This document shows positions 34,751-35,636 of a stretch of 35,636 nt of DNA, piece by piece; position 1 is the first letter of the stretch; each line of letters starts with the position of its first letter. Under the pieces are notes generated by a model. It was not told the origin of the DNA, did not search any database, and saw only the letters and a program-made list of their open reading frames with translations. A program made the position numbers and the translations under genes. Source of the DNA: Chiloscyllium plagiosum (lineage: Eukaryota); assembly GCF_004010195.1 (NCBI RefSeq), contig NC_057711.1:3616460-3652095 (forward strand), given 5' to 3'.

Positions 34751-35293
34751 AGGATGGCTTACTCAATTCACATTCTGTACATTCACCAGATAGGATTATC
34801 TCTGTCACTCTGTGAAACATGTTAACATAAATTAATTCGGTGACTCTTTCTAGCCTTTCTCCTTGGAGTACTGAAATTGCTTCAGACTAATTTTCAGCTC
34901 TGATGGTCTGGAGATTGCTTTCCAACTATAAACCTGGATACTTCTACAAGTTCTTTTAAAAAATGTACTTCTGCTGGTTTGACTTCTATTCTTCTGAACT
35001 CAATCTACTAGTGGTACTTAATGATCTGTTCCGACAGACCATAAAACTCAAATTTGTAAATACTCATCAATTAACTCCCCAGATCACTTAGCTACATGGA
35101 CATACTTCCTCAGGAAGGTTGTCTTTACTTCACTGTTCCAGATCACTTTCTGACCTCTTCTTTAAAAAAACAATCACTTTCACAGAACTGAAAATTAAAG
35201 TCTATTTTCCCTCCACATTTGAATCCAAGTTCTGAATGAATAATAGTGTTTTATAAACTGCCATCACACTATGCCCTCTGATTCTTGATCTCC

Positions 35294-35430
35294 TCATGAG
35301 TGGGTACAGTCTCTCTCTATCTACACTATCCTGACCCTTCATGAGTGGGTACGGCCTCTCTCTATCTATACTATCCTGATCTTTCATGAGTGGGTATGGT
35401 CTCTATCTACACAATTCTGATCATTCATGA
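35294..35430. repeat. Three about 45-bp tandem copies within a minus-strand CR1 remnant
   Basis: CATGAGTGGGTAC...CTCTCTATCTA.ACTATCCTGA... is repeated three times; it translates as (MKGQDSVDRERLYPL)n. Confidence 0.85.
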
Positions 35431-35636
35431 TTTTAAAAATCTCAATAAAATCTTCTCTCAGCCTTCCTTTAGGCCAGATCCATTCTGAACCCCATGATTT
35501 AATGACCTCTCATTATTTTGATTTCTCCAGTTGTGCATTTCACCACAAGAGGAAATATTGTGTGTGTCCACTCTAGCAAAAGATTGCACCTTTGAAATAT
35601 CTCTGTCAGATTATCCCTTTGTTATGTTCTTCTCTT

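Noticed and set aside
35294-35430. CRISPR-like array
   Set aside because: Head-to-tail repeats with no unique spacers, derived from CR1 coding sequence in a vertebrate genome.

Overview
Eukaryotic, repeat-rich genomic DNA from a cartilaginous fish (inferred from HE1-type V-SINEs, shark-type CR1 LINEs and Penelope-like termini), with two assembly gaps. Two host genes are visible, both on the minus strand. (1) Coding exon 1 of an alpha-tocopherol transfer protein (TTPA-type CRAL-TRIO) gene at 31189-30980 lies in a CpG-rich promoter region; I could not find TTPA exon 2 in the 31 kb downstream. (2) Starting about 1.8 kb downstream on the same strand is a spliced type-I membrane receptor: three phase-1 Ig V-set exons (29184-28801, 23233-22880, 16418-16071), a transmembrane exon (11793-11683) and probable short cytoplasmic exons. 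V1 closely resembles Siglec-15, but all three V domains lack the essential sialic-acid-binding Arg, no C2 domain was seen, and the TM lacks the DAP12-binding Lys. V2 and V3 are a tandem exon duplication that diverges mainly in CDR-like loops. No signal-peptide exon was found. Several Penelope-like element ends, some arranged as long palindromes with target-site duplications, carry minimal hammerhead ribozyme cores. Repeat boundaries are approximate, and all homologies were recognised by eye or from memory, not by database search.
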